Assembly: GCA_963935445.1 (NCBI GenBank)
Contig: CAWWCX010000001.1
Coordinates: 1 to 33,218 of the forward strand
Reading direction: 5' to 3'
Source of the DNA: an uncultured Roseibacillus sp.
GTDB lineage: Bacteria; Verrucomicrobiota; Verrucomicrobiia; Verrucomicrobiales; Akkermansiaceae
DNA: 33,218 bases
Numbering within the stretch: the first letter of the stretch is position 1; each line of letters opens with the position of its first letter. Shown here in pieces: positions 9,436 through 19,225 of the stretch. Position numbers and translations under genes: made by a program. Under the pieces are notes generated by a model that was not told where the DNA came from, searched no databases, and was given only the letters and a program-made list of their open reading frames with translations.

Positions 9436-10335
9436 ATGAAAAACCACCTCTCCATTATCCTGCCGATCGCTCTGGCGACTGCCATGGTTCCGCTGGCTAT
9501 TGGCCAGAAAGATGGCAAGCCCGAGGGCAAGAATGCCGATAAGATCGCGCCCAGCCTGCCCGAGAAAGCCTTCGCTGAGCCCAAGAAGAAGCGCAAGCTC
9601 CTTGTGTTTTCCCGAACCGGTGGATTTCGCCACGGCTCAATCCCGACGGGACTGACTGCGGTCAGGATGATGGGGGAGAAGACCGGAGCCTATGAAGCGG
9701 TCCTGAGCGATGACCTCGGCAACTTTGAGAGTGACAGGATCAACGAGTTCGATGCCATCCTGTTCCTCAACACTACCGGAGATCCCTTTCTGGAGAAGGG
9801 TCAACCAGATGCTCAGGCCCGTTCCGAGCGGCTGCAGAAGAACCTTCAGGACTTCGTAAAAAGCGGCAAGGGATTTGCCGGGTTTCACTCCGCGACGGAC
9901 ACTCTCAAGCCGAGGGGAAGCCATACCCCTGAATATTCCAAGATGATTAACGGAGCCTTTGACGGGCACCCCTGGGGAGGGGGCAGCAATGTCACGATCG
10001 CGGTGGAGAAAGGTCAGGAGAAGCATCCCATCGTCGCACATCTCGACGGTGAAAGCATGGCCTTCAAAGAGGAAATCTACCAGATGCGGGACCCCTATGA
10101 CTCCAGCAAGGTGCAGATGCTCCTGCGCCTTGACCTTGAAAAAAGTGACAAGAAGCGTCTCAAGCGGGCCGATCGCGATTATGGGGTGGCTTGGGTGCGC
10201 AAGTGGGGCGAGGGACGGGTCTTCTATTGCTCGCTGGGTCATAATGACGCGATGTACTGGCATCCCGATGTGCTGAAGATCTACCTGGGAGGCTTGCAGT
10301 ATGCTCTTGGGGACTTTGACGTGCCTTCGAAGTAG
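9436..10335 (+). CDS. ThuA-domain (trehalose-utilisation-like) protein with N-terminal signal peptide
   Basis: Signal-like N-terminus MKNHLSIILPIALATAMVPLAIGQ. ThuA-type motifs KLLVFSRTGGFRHGSIP, GFAGFHSATDT and VAWVRKWGEGRVFYCSLGH. Confidence 0.85.
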   Translation: MKNHLSIILPIALATAMVPLAIGQKDGKPEGKNADKIAPSLPEKAFAEPKKKRKLLVFSRTGGFRHGSIPTGLTAVRMMGEKTGAYEAVLSDDLGNFESDRINEFDAILFLNTTGDPFLEKGQPDAQARSERLQKNLQDFVKSGKGFAGFHSATDTLKPRGSHTPEYSKMINGAFDGHPWGGGSNVTIAVEKGQEKHPIVAHLDGESMAFKEEIYQMRDPYDSSKVQMLLRLDLEKSDKKRLKRADRDYGVAWVRKWGEGRVFYCSLGHNDAMYWHPDVLKIYLGGLQYALGDFDVPSK

Positions 10336-10364
10336 GGTGCGCCGGGATGATTCCCAGGCAGAAG

Positions 10365-10394
10365 GCCCGCGGCTTTGGCTGCGGGCTTTTCGTT
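10365..10394 (+). terminator. Rho-independent terminator after the ThuA-like gene
   Basis: GCCCGCGGC-tttg-GCTGCGGGC (9-bp stem with one G-U pair, 4-nt loop) followed by TTTTCGTT, about 30 nt after the stop codon. Confidence 0.65.
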
Positions 10395-10670
10395 GGGGAA
10401 GGAAGCTGCCAGGGCCTTTGGATGCCTGAATCAAAGCGGGAATGCGCGGCAGGAACTTCCCGTGGGGCAGCGGGCCGGAAACCCGGAAAACAGGGGGTGA
10501 TGGGGCGCGGCGCTGTGCGGGCAGGGAAATCGGCAGACTTATTCACAAGGCACTTCCAGAGCGGCCCATTTTTGTGGTGTTTGAACCAGTTTGGTGTTGC
10601 TTGAAATCAGGGAGCTTATTATTGCGGCGGTGCTCCAATTTTCCCCTGCGGAGTGACCCATAAATCACGC

Positions 10671-10688
10671 TTGTGAAAAGTTTCACAA
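10671..10688. promoter_or_regulatory. CRP/FNR-type palindrome 1: TTGTGAAA-AG-TTTCACAA (contains TGTGA-N6-TCACA)
   Basis: The 8-nt arms are perfect reverse complements. The core equals the CRP-type consensus TGTGA-N6-TCACA. Located 53 nt upstream of the actA ATG. Confidence 0.6.
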
Positions 10689-10693
10689 TCTCC

Positions 10694-10711
10694 TTGTGAA
10701 AAATTTCACAA
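10694..10711. promoter_or_regulatory. CRP/FNR-type palindrome 2: TTGTGAAA-AA-TTTCACAA
   Basis: A second perfect copy whose centre lies 23 bp downstream of the first. It ends 30 nt before the actA ATG at 10741. The GTG at 10696 used by the ORF track lies inside this palindrome. Confidence 0.6.
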
Positions 10712-10740
10712 AGTGTAACTGTCTTCCCAACCTTAAGCCG

Positions 10741-11457
10741 ATGGCCAATTTTTTCCCGCGCTGGACGAATGTTTTGCCGCTTAAGATCGCGGTGTGCCTA
10801 GGGGTAGCTGGGGCAGGGGTGGTAGTTGCGTTCTCCTACTACGCCACGCCCAAGGCGCAACGGGTCGGATACCAGCCCGCTCAGCCCATTCCCTATGACC
10901 ACGAGCTGCATGTGAACCAGCTCGGGATGGATTGCCGCTATTGCCATAGCTTCGTCGAGCACTCCGGGCATGCCAACATCCCGTCCGCGAGCACCTGCTG
11001 GAACTGCCACCAGCACGTGCGCAAGGACAGTGAGAAGCTCAAGCCGCTGCGACGGGCCTTTGACACGGAATACTCCGAGTATGATGGCGAGCCCATCAAG
11101 TGGGTGCGGGTCCACAAGAACCCCGATTACGTATTCTTCAACCACTCGGCGCACGTGAACCGGGGAGTTTCCTGTGCGTCCTGTCACGGCAAGGTGAACG
11201 AGATGGAGGTGGTCTATCAGGCTGAATCCCACTCGATGGGCTGGTGTCTCGACTGCCACCGCAACCCGGAGGAGCACCTGAGGCCGCTGGAAGAAGTCTT
11301 CAATCTCGACTATGACGCCGAAAAGTGGCTGGCGGAGAACAAGATCAAGGATCCGGAGTCAGGAAAGGAACTTAAGACCCAGAAAGAGCTTGGCCTCTTT
11401 CTCAAGGGGCACTGGAACATCAAGGCCAAGGAGAGCTGTTCGACCTGCCACCGCTAA
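10741..11457 (+). CDS. actA: Alternative complex III subunit ActA (pentahaem cytochrome c)
   Basis: N-terminal TM anchor and five CxxCH motifs (CRYCH, CWNCH, CASCH, CLDCH, CSTCH). First gene of the act cluster. Start placed at ATG 10741 (MANFFPRW...) rather than GTG 10696. Confidence 0.9.
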   Translation: MANFFPRWTNVLPLKIAVCLGVAGAGVVVAFSYYATPKAQRVGYQPAQPIPYDHELHVNQLGMDCRYCHSFVEHSGHANIPSASTCWNCHQHVRKDSEKLKPLRRAFDTEYSEYDGEPIKWVRVHKNPDYVFFNHSAHVNRGVSCASCHGKVNEMEVVYQAESHSMGWCLDCHRNPEEHLRPLEEVFNLDYDAEKWLAENKIKDPESGKELKTQKELGLFLKGHWNIKAKESCSTCHR

Positions 11458-11460
11458 ACC

Positions 11461-14400
11461 ATGAGCAAACGCATCTGGCATCATCCGGAGATTCCTGTGG
11501 AGGACGAGGGTATCGCTTCCTGGCGGAGCGTGGGGGAGCTCGAGCGGAGCCCTGCATTCCAGGAACAGCTGAACCGTGAGTTCCCGGAAGGGTCCGGTCA
11601 TCTCAGTGAGGAAGACCAGCAGGCCTCCCGTCGGAGCTTTCTGAAGCTCATGGGGGCCTCGTCCGCGTTGAGCGGGTTGACCCTCGTGTCCTGTCGTCGT
11701 CCGGAGTCCTACATCGTGCCCTACAAGAAGGCACCGGAGTGGGTCATTCCCGGTAAGCCACTCTACTACGCGTCCTCTCGCCCTCGGGCGGAAGGGGCAG
11801 TTCCCCTGGTGGTGACCACCTTCGAGGGGCGGCCGACAAAACTGGAGCCGAACGGTGGGCACGGCGAGGGATGCGGTACGGACGCCCTGACGCAGGCTTC
11901 CGTTCTCAATCTCTACGATCCCAAGCGCTCCCGTGACTTCCTCAAGGGCGGGCAGAAGGCCTCGCAGAAGGAGTTTGAGGCGGTATTCTCCTCGATTGCA
12001 CAGGAGGGCGGGAAGCTCGCCGTTTTGGTGGGAGAGGACGATTGTCCGACCCGTAACCGGCTGAAGTCCGAGATAGAAACGGCCTACCCGGGATCGCGAT
12101 TTTACAGCTACGAAGCGCTTCGAGGAGAAGCCCGGCGGGAGGTTCACACGGAAGTGTTCGGAGACGGCAGCGAGGTGGTGGTGGATTTTTCCAAGGCTGA
12201 CCGGATTCTTTCGCTCGATTGTGATTTTCTGGGCGTTGACCCGATGGGGAGTCACGCGCAATTTTCGGAAAGAAGGCAAGGTGGGGCCGGGGATTACCGG
12301 CAGCAGATTGATCCCGAGGTCATGAACCGCTTGTACGCGGTGGAAACCGCCTACAGCCTGACCGGCGGCATGGCCGATCACCGGTTGCGGGCCAAACCGA
12401 GTCAGATCGCCAAGATCGCGGCGGAGGTGGCGGCAGGGCTTGATATCACGGTTGGGGGTTATGAAGCGGGCAGGATTTCGGCCGAGGAAAAGACGGCCCT
12501 CCTGGGGAGCGCTGAGAACTTCGATAAATGGATTGAGGGCTGTGTGGAGGATCTCAGGGCCCACGAAGGAAAGGCCGTAGTCCTGACCGGAAGCCGTCAC
12601 AGTGAGGACGTGCAGCGCATCGCCGTTGCCATCAACAAGAAACTTGGTGCCTACGGTGAGACTCTGGTGGCCTACGCCACTGGGCGCGAGGGATATGGAA
12701 CGATTGCGGAGCTCGAGGCCGAGGTCGATTCTGACACGACTGTTCTCTTACTTGGCCCTTCCAATCCGGTTTACGATCGTCCGGGAGGCAAGTTCGCAAG
12801 CCTCCTCAGCAGGGCGAAGGTGAGCATCCATCTTGGGCTTCGGACCGACGCCACGGCGCGGGCCAGCGATTGGCACGTGCCGGCGGCCCATTATCTGGAG
12901 AGTTGGGGCGATACCCGGACAGCGGGCGGAACCTATTCTCTGGTGCAGCCCATGATCCTGCCGCTCTACGGGGGCTTCTCGGAAATCGAGATCCTGTCCC
13001 AGCTTCTCGCCTGGCGGGCGGTGGACTGGTCCCAGGTCGATAGCGGTAATGCGGAGGACAGTATCCCTGCGCCAAAGCTCATTGCAGGAGAAGGACCTGA
13101 GGGGGCAGCGTCTCCGGCTCTTGCGGAAGTGCGCAAGACCTTCGCGCTTCCCTCCAATGCCAACGACGAGAGCGACACCGCCTGGAAGGAAGCCCTGAAG
13201 AACGGCTACCTGCAGAGCAGCAGCTACAGCAGTGTGGAGGTTGGCGATCCTGCGCCCATGCTTACCGCACGCAAGTCAGATGGAATTGAGCTCAACTTTC
13301 TGGCGGACGCCTCCGTCTGGGATGGCCGTTACATAGACAATGGCTGGTTGCAGGAAGCGCCCGATCCCATTTCCAAGCTCTCCTGGGATAATGCCGCGTT
13401 GGTCTCCCCGAAGACCGCCAAGTCGCTCGGGGTCTATGATGCGGTCCAGGAACTGGAGCCGGAGACGGATGTCCCGCTGCTTGGCAAGGTGAAGAATGCG
13501 CCCAAGCCGCTGATTGACGAGGGGCAGAACGCCGCTGCTCCGATGGTGCGGATCAAGACCGCGGCGGGGCGGATGGAAATTCCAGTTCTGGTGGCCTTTG
13601 GTCATGCTGACGACTGCATTTCGATTGCCCTGGGTTACGGTCAGGGCGCATCGGACAAGCGGGATGGGGTGGAGCCGGCAAGTGAAGATGATCCCCATGC
13701 GGTGGTTGGACTGGTAGGCGTCAATACGGGGTTCAATGCCAACCAGCTGCGAAGCGACGCCTCCTTCAGCGGAGTGGCAGCCGATGTGGCGAGGACCGGA
13801 GAAAGGTACGCGGTTGCGCTCGTCCAGGAGCACAACGCCATGAATGGCCGTGCCCTAGCACGTGAGATCTCAACCGGCGAGGTAGGCTACCACGGGAAGA
13901 CGCTCCCTTTTGAGAAGCAAGTCGCCAAGGTCCGCGAACAGGGGCCGGTGGACTCGCATGCCCCGGAAAACATCTCCCTCTACAAGCGACGTGGTTCCAC
14001 CACGTGGGAGGGGGACAAGGACAAGCAGGAGGATCTCATCAGTGATAAGATCCACCAGTGGGGAATGGCCATTGACCTCAACACATGCACCGGCTGCAAC
14101 GCCTGCCTGGTTGCCTGTCAGGCAGAGAACAACATCCCGATCGTAGGTAAGCAGCAGGTTGCGATGGGACGAGAGATGCACTGGGTGCGGATGGACCGTT
14201 ACTTCGCCACGCCTGTCTACGAGCACGACGAGAAGGGTTACATCAAGAAGGAGGGAGGCAAGAAGGTGCCCGTCCCCGACTGGGTGAAGGAGAACCCGGA
14301 GATGGTGCCCCAGCCGGTTTCCTGTGTGCAGTGTGAGAATGCGCCCTGCGAAACTGTGTGCCCGGTCAATGCCACCGTGCATACCGAGGAAGGGCTTAAC

Positions 14401-15030
14401 TCGATGGCCTACAACCGGTGCATCGGGACCCGCTACTGTGCCAACAACTGTCCCTACAAGGCGCGGCGGTTCAACTATTTCGATTACAACAAGTACAACC
14501 CTCTGGTTGCGCACAACCTCTACAAGGGGCCAGCTGGTGAGACACAGCGAGGTACCGCACCCCATCTTCAGCGTAACCCGAATGTCTCGGTACGCATGCG
14601 CGGAGTGATGGAGAAGTGCACCTATTGTGTGCAGCGTCTGGAGAGCGCCAAGATCAAGCAGAAACAGATCGGGCGCGACAAGACTCTCCGCTCCGGGGCG
14701 AAGTCGACCGAGGTAGCTGTCAGTGCGGAGGATCTGCGGATCAAGCCGGATTCCGTCAAGGTCGCCTGTCAGGATGCCTGCGACGCGAACGCCATCAGCT
14801 TTGGTAACCTGCTCGACAAGGAGGAGGCCAAGGTCTGGAGGGCGAAGTACAAGGGTGAGAAGAAGAACGACAAGGGCTTTGTCGAGGTCATTCACAACCC
14901 GCGAAACTACGACGTTCTGCAGTATATCGGGACGGCCCCGCGGACCAGCTATCTGGCTCGCGTGAAGAACCCCAACCCGGACATGCCGGATGCGGAATAC
15001 CGTGGGCTGGCCACCATTCACACCGCTTAA
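11461..15030 (+). CDS. actB: Alternative complex III subunit ActB (fused molybdopterin-oxidoreductase-like and 4Fe-4S ferredoxin domains)
   Basis: 1189 aa. Tat-type motif SRRSFLKLMGASSAL and a large MopB-like N-domain. The C-domain has Fe-S cysteine clusters CTGCNACLVAC, CVQCENAPCETVCP, CIGTRYCANNCP and CTYCVQR. Confidence 0.93.
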   Translation: MSKRIWHHPEIPVEDEGIASWRSVGELERSPAFQEQLNREFPEGSGHLSEEDQQASRRSFLKLMGASSALSGLTLVSCRRPESYIVPYKKAPEWVIPGKPLYYASSRPRAEGAVPLVVTTFEGRPTKLEPNGGHGEGCGTDALTQASVLNLYDPKRSRDFLKGGQKASQKEFEAVFSSIAQEGGKLAVLVGEDDCPTRNRLKSEIETAYPGSRFYSYEALRGEARREVHTEVFGDGSEVVVDFSKADRILSLDCDFLGVDPMGSHAQFSERRQGGAGDYRQQIDPEVMNRLYAVETAYSLTGGMADHRLRAKPSQIAKIAAEVAAGLDITVGGYEAGRISAEEKTALLGSAENFDKWIEGCVEDLRAHEGKAVVLTGSRHSEDVQRIAVAINKKLGAYGETLVAYATGREGYGTIAELEAEVDSDTTVLLLGPSNPVYDRPGGKFASLLSRAKVSIHLGLRTDATARASDWHVPAAHYLESWGDTRTAGGTYSLVQPMILPLYGGFSEIEILSQLLAWRAVDWSQVDSGNAEDSIPAPKLIAGEGPEGAASPALAEVRKTFALPSNANDESDTAWKEALKNGYLQSSSYSSVEVGDPAPMLTARKSDGIELNFLADASVWDGRYIDNGWLQEAPDPISKLSWDNAALVSPKTAKSLGVYDAVQELEPETDVPLLGKVKNAPKPLIDEGQNAAAPMVRIKTAAGRMEIPVLVAFGHADDCISIALGYGQGASDKRDGVEPASEDDPHAVVGLVGVNTGFNANQLRSDASFSGVAADVARTGERYAVALVQEHNAMNGRALAREISTGEVGYHGKTLPFEKQVAKVREQGPVDSHAPENISLYKRRGSTTWEGDKDKQEDLISDKIHQWGMAIDLNTCTGCNACLVACQAENNIPIVGKQQVAMGREMHWVRMDRYFATPVYEHDEKGYIKKEGGKKVPVPDWVKENPEMVPQPVSCVQCENAPCETVCPVNATVHTEEGLNSMAYNRCIGTRYCANNCPYKARRFNYFDYNKYNPLVAHNLYKGPAGETQRGTAPHLQRNPNVSVRMRGVMEKCTYCVQRLESAKIKQKQIGRDKTLRSGAKSTEVAVSAEDLRIKPDSVKVACQDACDANAISFGNLLDKEEAKVWRAKYKGEKKNDKGFVEVIHNPRNYDVLQYIGTAPRTSYLARVKNPNPDMPDAEYRGLATIHTA

Positions 15031-15051
15031 TCACGAACCCGGAAATTCTTC

Positions 15052-16545
15052 ATGGCAGATACCGCCACCAAGACTGCAAGTGAGGCGTCCGCGCCCCGGG
15101 AAGTGAAGCTCCCGGTGCTGGAGCGTGAGAAGCTTGTTCTCAACAAGCGGTCCTACCACTGGATTACCGAGCGCGTCTGCGGGGTGATTGAGAACAGGCA
15201 GCCCCGGATCTGGTGGGCCCTCTTCATTCCGACCGTCATCATGGCGATCGTGGGCGTGGGCGGAGGGCTGATCTACCTGGTGACAACCGGGGTGGGAGTC
15301 TGGGGCAATACGAACCGCGTGATGTGGGGGTGGCCGATCGTAAACTTCGTGTTCTGGATTGGAATTGGCCACGCCGGAACCCTCATTTCCGCGATCCTCT
15401 TCCTGACCCGCCAGAACTGGCGGACATCGATCAACCGGGCGGCCGAGGCGATGACGATCTTCGCGGTGATCTGTGCCGGAATCTTCCCGGCCTTCCACGT
15501 GGGAAGGGTCTGGATGGCCTGGTATCTCGCGCCCATTCCGAACGCGAATGCGATCTGGCAGAACTTCAAGTCGCCGCTCCTCTGGGACGTCTTCGCGGTC
15601 TCGACCTACTTCTCGATCTCACTCGTGTTCTGGTTCCTCGGGATGGTGCCCGACCTGGCAACCATCCGGGACCGTTGCAAGCGCGGGGTGAAGAAGGCCC
15701 TTTACGGGTTATTCTCCCTTGGGTGGCGCGGTAGTAACCGGCATTGGAGCCACTACGAGATGGCCTACCTTCTCCTCGCGGCGCTCTCGACCCCGCTCGT
15801 CCTTTCGGTGCACTCGGTGGTGAGCTTTGACTTCGCAACCTCCATCGTGCCCGGGTGGCACACCACGATTTTCCCGCCCTACTTCGTGGCGGGAGCCATC
15901 TTCGGAGGGTTCGCGATGGTGCTCACGATCATGATCCCGGCCCGTTTCTTCTACGGGTTGGACGACATGATCACGATGAAGCACATCGACAACATGGCCA
16001 AGATCATCCTCCTGACGGGTTCGATCGTCGGCTATGCCTACCTGATGGAGCTTTTCGTGGCCTTCTACTCGGGGGCCAAATACGAGATGGCGGCCTTCAC
16101 CTACCGGATCACCGGTCCCTACTGGTGGGCCTACGTGGCGATGATGAGCTGTAACGTGCTTTCACCCCAGCTCTTCTGGTTCAAGTGGTGTCGTGAGAAC
16201 CTCTGGGTCGTCATGGGAGTGTCGATGTGTGTGAACGCCGGGATGTGGTTCGAGCGCTTTGTGATTATCGTGACCACCCTCGCGCGTGACTTCATGCCCG
16301 CGAACTGGAAATACTACAACGCAAGCTGGGTGGATATTGGCCTGTTCCTGGGAACGATCGGCCTGTTCACCGCGCTGTTCCTTCTCTTCCTGCGTTTTCT
16401 GCCCTGTATCAACATCGCGGAGGTCAAGTGGGCCAAGGAGGAAAGCGATGTACACTTCGACGACAAGAAGGCGCACCCCGACGAGGGCACGGTTGTGGAA
16501 GCCTCCTACCAGCACGAACTTGAGAAAGGAACTGCCGAAGTCTGA
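15052..16545 (+). CDS. actC: Alternative complex III subunit ActC (NrfD/PsrC-like quinol-interacting membrane subunit)
   Basis: 497-aa polytopic membrane protein of NrfD type directly after actB. Its stop overlaps the actD start (TGATG). Confidence 0.9.
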   Translation: MADTATKTASEASAPREVKLPVLEREKLVLNKRSYHWITERVCGVIENRQPRIWWALFIPTVIMAIVGVGGGLIYLVTTGVGVWGNTNRVMWGWPIVNFVFWIGIGHAGTLISAILFLTRQNWRTSINRAAEAMTIFAVICAGIFPAFHVGRVWMAWYLAPIPNANAIWQNFKSPLLWDVFAVSTYFSISLVFWFLGMVPDLATIRDRCKRGVKKALYGLFSLGWRGSNRHWSHYEMAYLLLAALSTPLVLSVHSVVSFDFATSIVPGWHTTIFPPYFVAGAIFGGFAMVLTIMIPARFFYGLDDMITMKHIDNMAKIILLTGSIVGYAYLMELFVAFYSGAKYEMAAFTYRITGPYWWAYVAMMSCNVLSPQLFWFKWCRENLWVVMGVSMCVNAGMWFERFVIIVTTLARDFMPANWKYYNASWVDIGLFLGTIGLFTALFLLFLRFLPCINIAEVKWAKEESDVHFDDKKAHPDEGTVVEASYQHELEKGTAEV

Positions 16546-17102
16546 TGAGCACATCTGTCAAACGCGTTTACGGCTACCTGGCCGAGTTTGAAAGCGCCTC
16601 CGCCCTCTACAAGGCGGCCCAGAAGGTGCGTGATGCCGGATTCCGGAAGTGGGATTGCTACACGCCCTACCCGGTGCATGGACTCGACTCCGCCATGGGC
16701 CTGAAGCGCTCAATCCTGCCTTACTTCGTATTCTTCGGCGGTGTTACCGGGCTCATCACCGCCTTCATCCTGGCATACGTGACACAGGTGGGAATCTACC
16801 CCACGGTGGTTCAGGGCAAGCCGGCCAACATCTTTACGGTGCCGGCATTCTTCCCGATCATGTTCGAGCTCACCGTGCTCTTCTCCGGATTTACGACTCT
16901 CTTTGCCTGTCTGGGCCTCTGCCAGCTTCCACGCTGGAACCATCCGCTCTTTGCAAGCCGGCAGTTTCACCGGGTAACCGACGATGGATTCTTCATCGCG
17001 ATTGAAGCGCGGGATCCCAAGTTCTCGGCGGAAGGAACGAAGGGGTTCCTCGATGAAATCGGGGGCGATAATATTGAACTGGTCGAGGACGACGGAAAGT
17101 AA
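16545..17102 (+). CDS. actD: Alternative complex III subunit ActD (DUF3341-type membrane protein)
   Basis: N-terminus YGYLAEFESASALYKAAQKVRDAGFRKWDCYTPYPVHGLD and two TM helices are characteristic of ActD. Its position in the cluster agrees. Confidence 0.88.
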   Translation: MSTSVKRVYGYLAEFESASALYKAAQKVRDAGFRKWDCYTPYPVHGLDSAMGLKRSILPYFVFFGGVTGLITAFILAYVTQVGIYPTVVQGKPANIFTVPAFFPIMFELTVLFSGFTTLFACLGLCQLPRWNHPLFASRQFHRVTDDGFFIAIEARDPKFSAEGTKGFLDEIGGDNIELVEDDGK

Positions 17103-17117
17103 GTTGACGCTGACACC

Positions 17118-17879
17118 ATGAAGTACTTCTTCCTCGCCTTTATCGGAGCAATCGTCCTGACGATCGGAATCTTCGGGTTTCGTGGTGACAAGACGACCAA
17201 CACGCCGATCGAAATCTTCCCGGACATGGACCGCATGGATTTTGTCAAGGGGCAGAAGCCGAGTGATTTCTTCCACGATGGCATGGGAGCGCGCCTTCCG
17301 GTGAGCGGGACGGTGCCGCATGCCAGTGACGACGGCGTCTTTCCGGTGGAATTCGGAGAAGGCAGGACGGGGCACTATTTCACCGGTGCGATCAACGACT
17401 ATTTTGCGAGAGGCCTGCCACTGGAGGAGCTTGGTTTGATTGGGGACGGGGCCGCCGGGGAGATGCAGGCACTGCTGCGGCGTGGGCAGGACCGTTACTC
17501 GATTTTCTGTGCGATCTGCCACGGCGAGGTGGGAGACGGGACAGGCACGGTCAGCCGATACATGGCTGCCAAGATCGCTAACCTGCACGACCCCCGCTTC
17601 GGCAGCGACCAGTATCCCGATGGGATGCTGTATCATGTCATTGCCCAGGGGAAGGGGTTGATGAGCGGATACGGTGCGAGTATTCCGGTGCGGGATCGCT
17701 GGGCCATCGTGGCCTACGTCCGGGCCCTGCAGGATTCGAAGAAGCCGTCGGCTGCTCCTGAGCCGGACGGAGACACCCCGACCGAAGAAAACACCGCGAA
17801 AACGGTGCCAGAGGAGCCTGAAGCCCTGGAACCAGTCGCCTCGGCGAACGACAACCCGGCAGGAGGGGCCACTAACTGA
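17118..17879 (+). CDS. actE: Alternative complex III subunit ActE (monohaem cytochrome c)
   Basis: TM anchor, the conserved IEIFPDMDRM motif, a single CAICH haem site and MSGYG...RWAIVAYVRALQ. The Pro/Glu-rich C-tail is low complexity. Confidence 0.88.
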   Translation: MKYFFLAFIGAIVLTIGIFGFRGDKTTNTPIEIFPDMDRMDFVKGQKPSDFFHDGMGARLPVSGTVPHASDDGVFPVEFGEGRTGHYFTGAINDYFARGLPLEELGLIGDGAAGEMQALLRRGQDRYSIFCAICHGEVGDGTGTVSRYMAAKIANLHDPRFGSDQYPDGMLYHVIAQGKGLMSGYGASIPVRDRWAIVAYVRALQDSKKPSAAPEPDGDTPTEENTAKTVPEEPEALEPVASANDNPAGGATN

Positions 17880-17887
17880 TTTCCGGC

Positions 17888-19225
17888 ATGGCACACGAAC
17901 TGGTCACATCAGCAGATATCCCGGTCGACGGCGAAAAGCTGGAAGCCGACAAGCTGAGCCGCATCAAGGTGGTGTCCCTGGGCATCTTTGGTGTCGGGTT
18001 CATCCTGAGTATCCTGTTGCTCCTCGGGGCTTTCGGGCGGGGGATCCAGGGATCCTACAGCTTCTCCTGGCTTTATGCCTTTTTCTTCTTCGCCACCCTT
18101 GCTCTGGGTGGCTGCTTCTGGACCCTGCTTCACAATGTCTCCAATTCCGGCTGGGGAGTCTCAGTGCGACGGGTGATGGAGAACGTCGGATACGTCTTTC
18201 CCTGGATGATCATCCCCGTTATCCCGCTCCTTCTGCCGCAGGTTCAGGAATTCCTCTACGAATGGATGGAGAAACACCGGATGGCCGGGGGCGGAATCGG
18301 AAAGTCGGCTGCCGATGGCCTGCATCATGGAGAACACACCGATCACCTGCTCTCCAGCAAGTACTGGTATCTCAACATCAGCTTCTGGTACTTCCGGGTG
18401 ATCGCTTATTTCGCGCTTCTGGGGTTTGTAATTCACTTTTTGCGCAAGCTGTCCGTCGACCAGGACATGGACCCGGAACCGGGTGTGAGCCGTCTTTACC
18501 GCGCACGCTTTCACTCCTGCTGGGGGGTTCCCGTGTTCGCGGTTGTGCTCACCTTCCTTGCCATCGATCTCGTCAAGGGACTCGACTACAAGTGGTTCTC
18601 CACGATGTGGGGGGTCTACGTGTTCGCGGGGAGTGCTCTCAACGCGATGGCGGTTATCATCCTCGTTACGATCGCCCTCCGCCGCATGGGCTACCTGAAG
18701 AACGTGGTCGGTCCCGAGCATGACCACCTGATGGGCAAACTGGCCTTTGCGTTCACGGTGTTCTGGGCCTATATATCCTTCGACCAGTATTTCCTCTACT
18801 GGTATGCCAACATCACGGAAGAGACCCGCTACTTTGTCCTTCGTAACACCGGCGGGTGGAACTACGTGAGTATCCTTTTGGTCTTTGGACACTTTGCCGC
18901 ACCTTTCCTTCTCCTCATCCGACAGGATCTCAAGCGTCGGAACGGCTATATGATCATTGTCGCCGGCTACCTCCTCTTCATGCACATGATCGATGTCTAT
19001 CACATGATCATCCCCGAACGCGGGCCTTCCGTGAGCAAGATCCTCAATCCCGATGACCCGGAGAAGTGGGTCCTCTGGCTCAATGGTTCGCTCGTGGGAG
19101 ATATCCTCGCCTTTGTGACGGTGGGGGCCTTTTTCCTGTTCGTCCTCCTGCGCAACCTCGGGTCGGCCGCTCTCTATCCGCACCGCGACCCGCGTATTCT
19201 CGAATCAGCCAACGTGCATAACTGA
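17888..19225 (+). CDS. actF: Alternative complex III subunit ActF (second NrfD-like membrane subunit)
   Basis: 445-aa polytopic membrane protein following actE. Its stop overlaps the next start (TGATG). Confidence 0.85.
   Translation: MAHELVTSADIPVDGEKLEADKLSRIKVVSLGIFGVGFILSILLLLGAFGRGIQGSYSFSWLYAFFFFATLALGGCFWTLLHNVSNSGWGVSVRRVMENVGYVFPWMIIPVIPLLLPQVQEFLYEWMEKHRMAGGGIGKSAADGLHHGEHTDHLLSSKYWYLNISFWYFRVIAYFALLGFVIHFLRKLSVDQDMDPEPGVSRLYRARFHSCWGVPVFAVVLTFLAIDLVKGLDYKWFSTMWGVYVFAGSALNAMAVIILVTIALRRMGYLKNVVGPEHDHLMGKLAFAFTVFWAYISFDQYFLYWYANITEETRYFVLRNTGGWNYVSILLVFGHFAAPFLLLIRQDLKRRNGYMIIVAGYLLFMHMIDVYHMIIPERGPSVSKILNPDDPEKWVLWLNGSLVGDILAFVTVGAFFLFVLLRNLGSAALYPHRDPRILESANVHN

Noticed and set aside
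10347-10663. Small ORFs in the 400-bp region upstream of actA (10347..10604 +, 10442..10663 +, 10160..10546 -).
   Set aside because: They overlap each other and the thuA terminator. Their products are Gly/Arg/Pro-rich with no motifs or plausible start context. The region is treated as non-coding leader and promoter.
10652-10669. A third CRP-like element, AGTGA-N8-TCACG, just upstream of the two perfect palindromes.
   Set aside because: The half-site spacing is N8 rather than N6 and the arms are imperfect. It may be a relic, but it is not supportable as a site.
10696-10740. GTG 10696 as the start of actA, as given in the ORF track.
   Set aside because: The GTG lies inside the second regulatory palindrome. 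The extra residues (MKNFTKCNCLPNLKP) are translated operator sequence. ATG 10741 directly precedes the TM anchor.
17674-18723. Long same-strand alternative-frame ORFs: 17674..18723 (349 aa), 23524..24594 (356 aa), 15213..15734 and 20541..21077.
   Set aside because: They overlap well-supported genes (actE/actF, ctaD, actC, the CcoN-like gene) in another frame. Their products are Arg/Pro/Gly-rich with no motifs.
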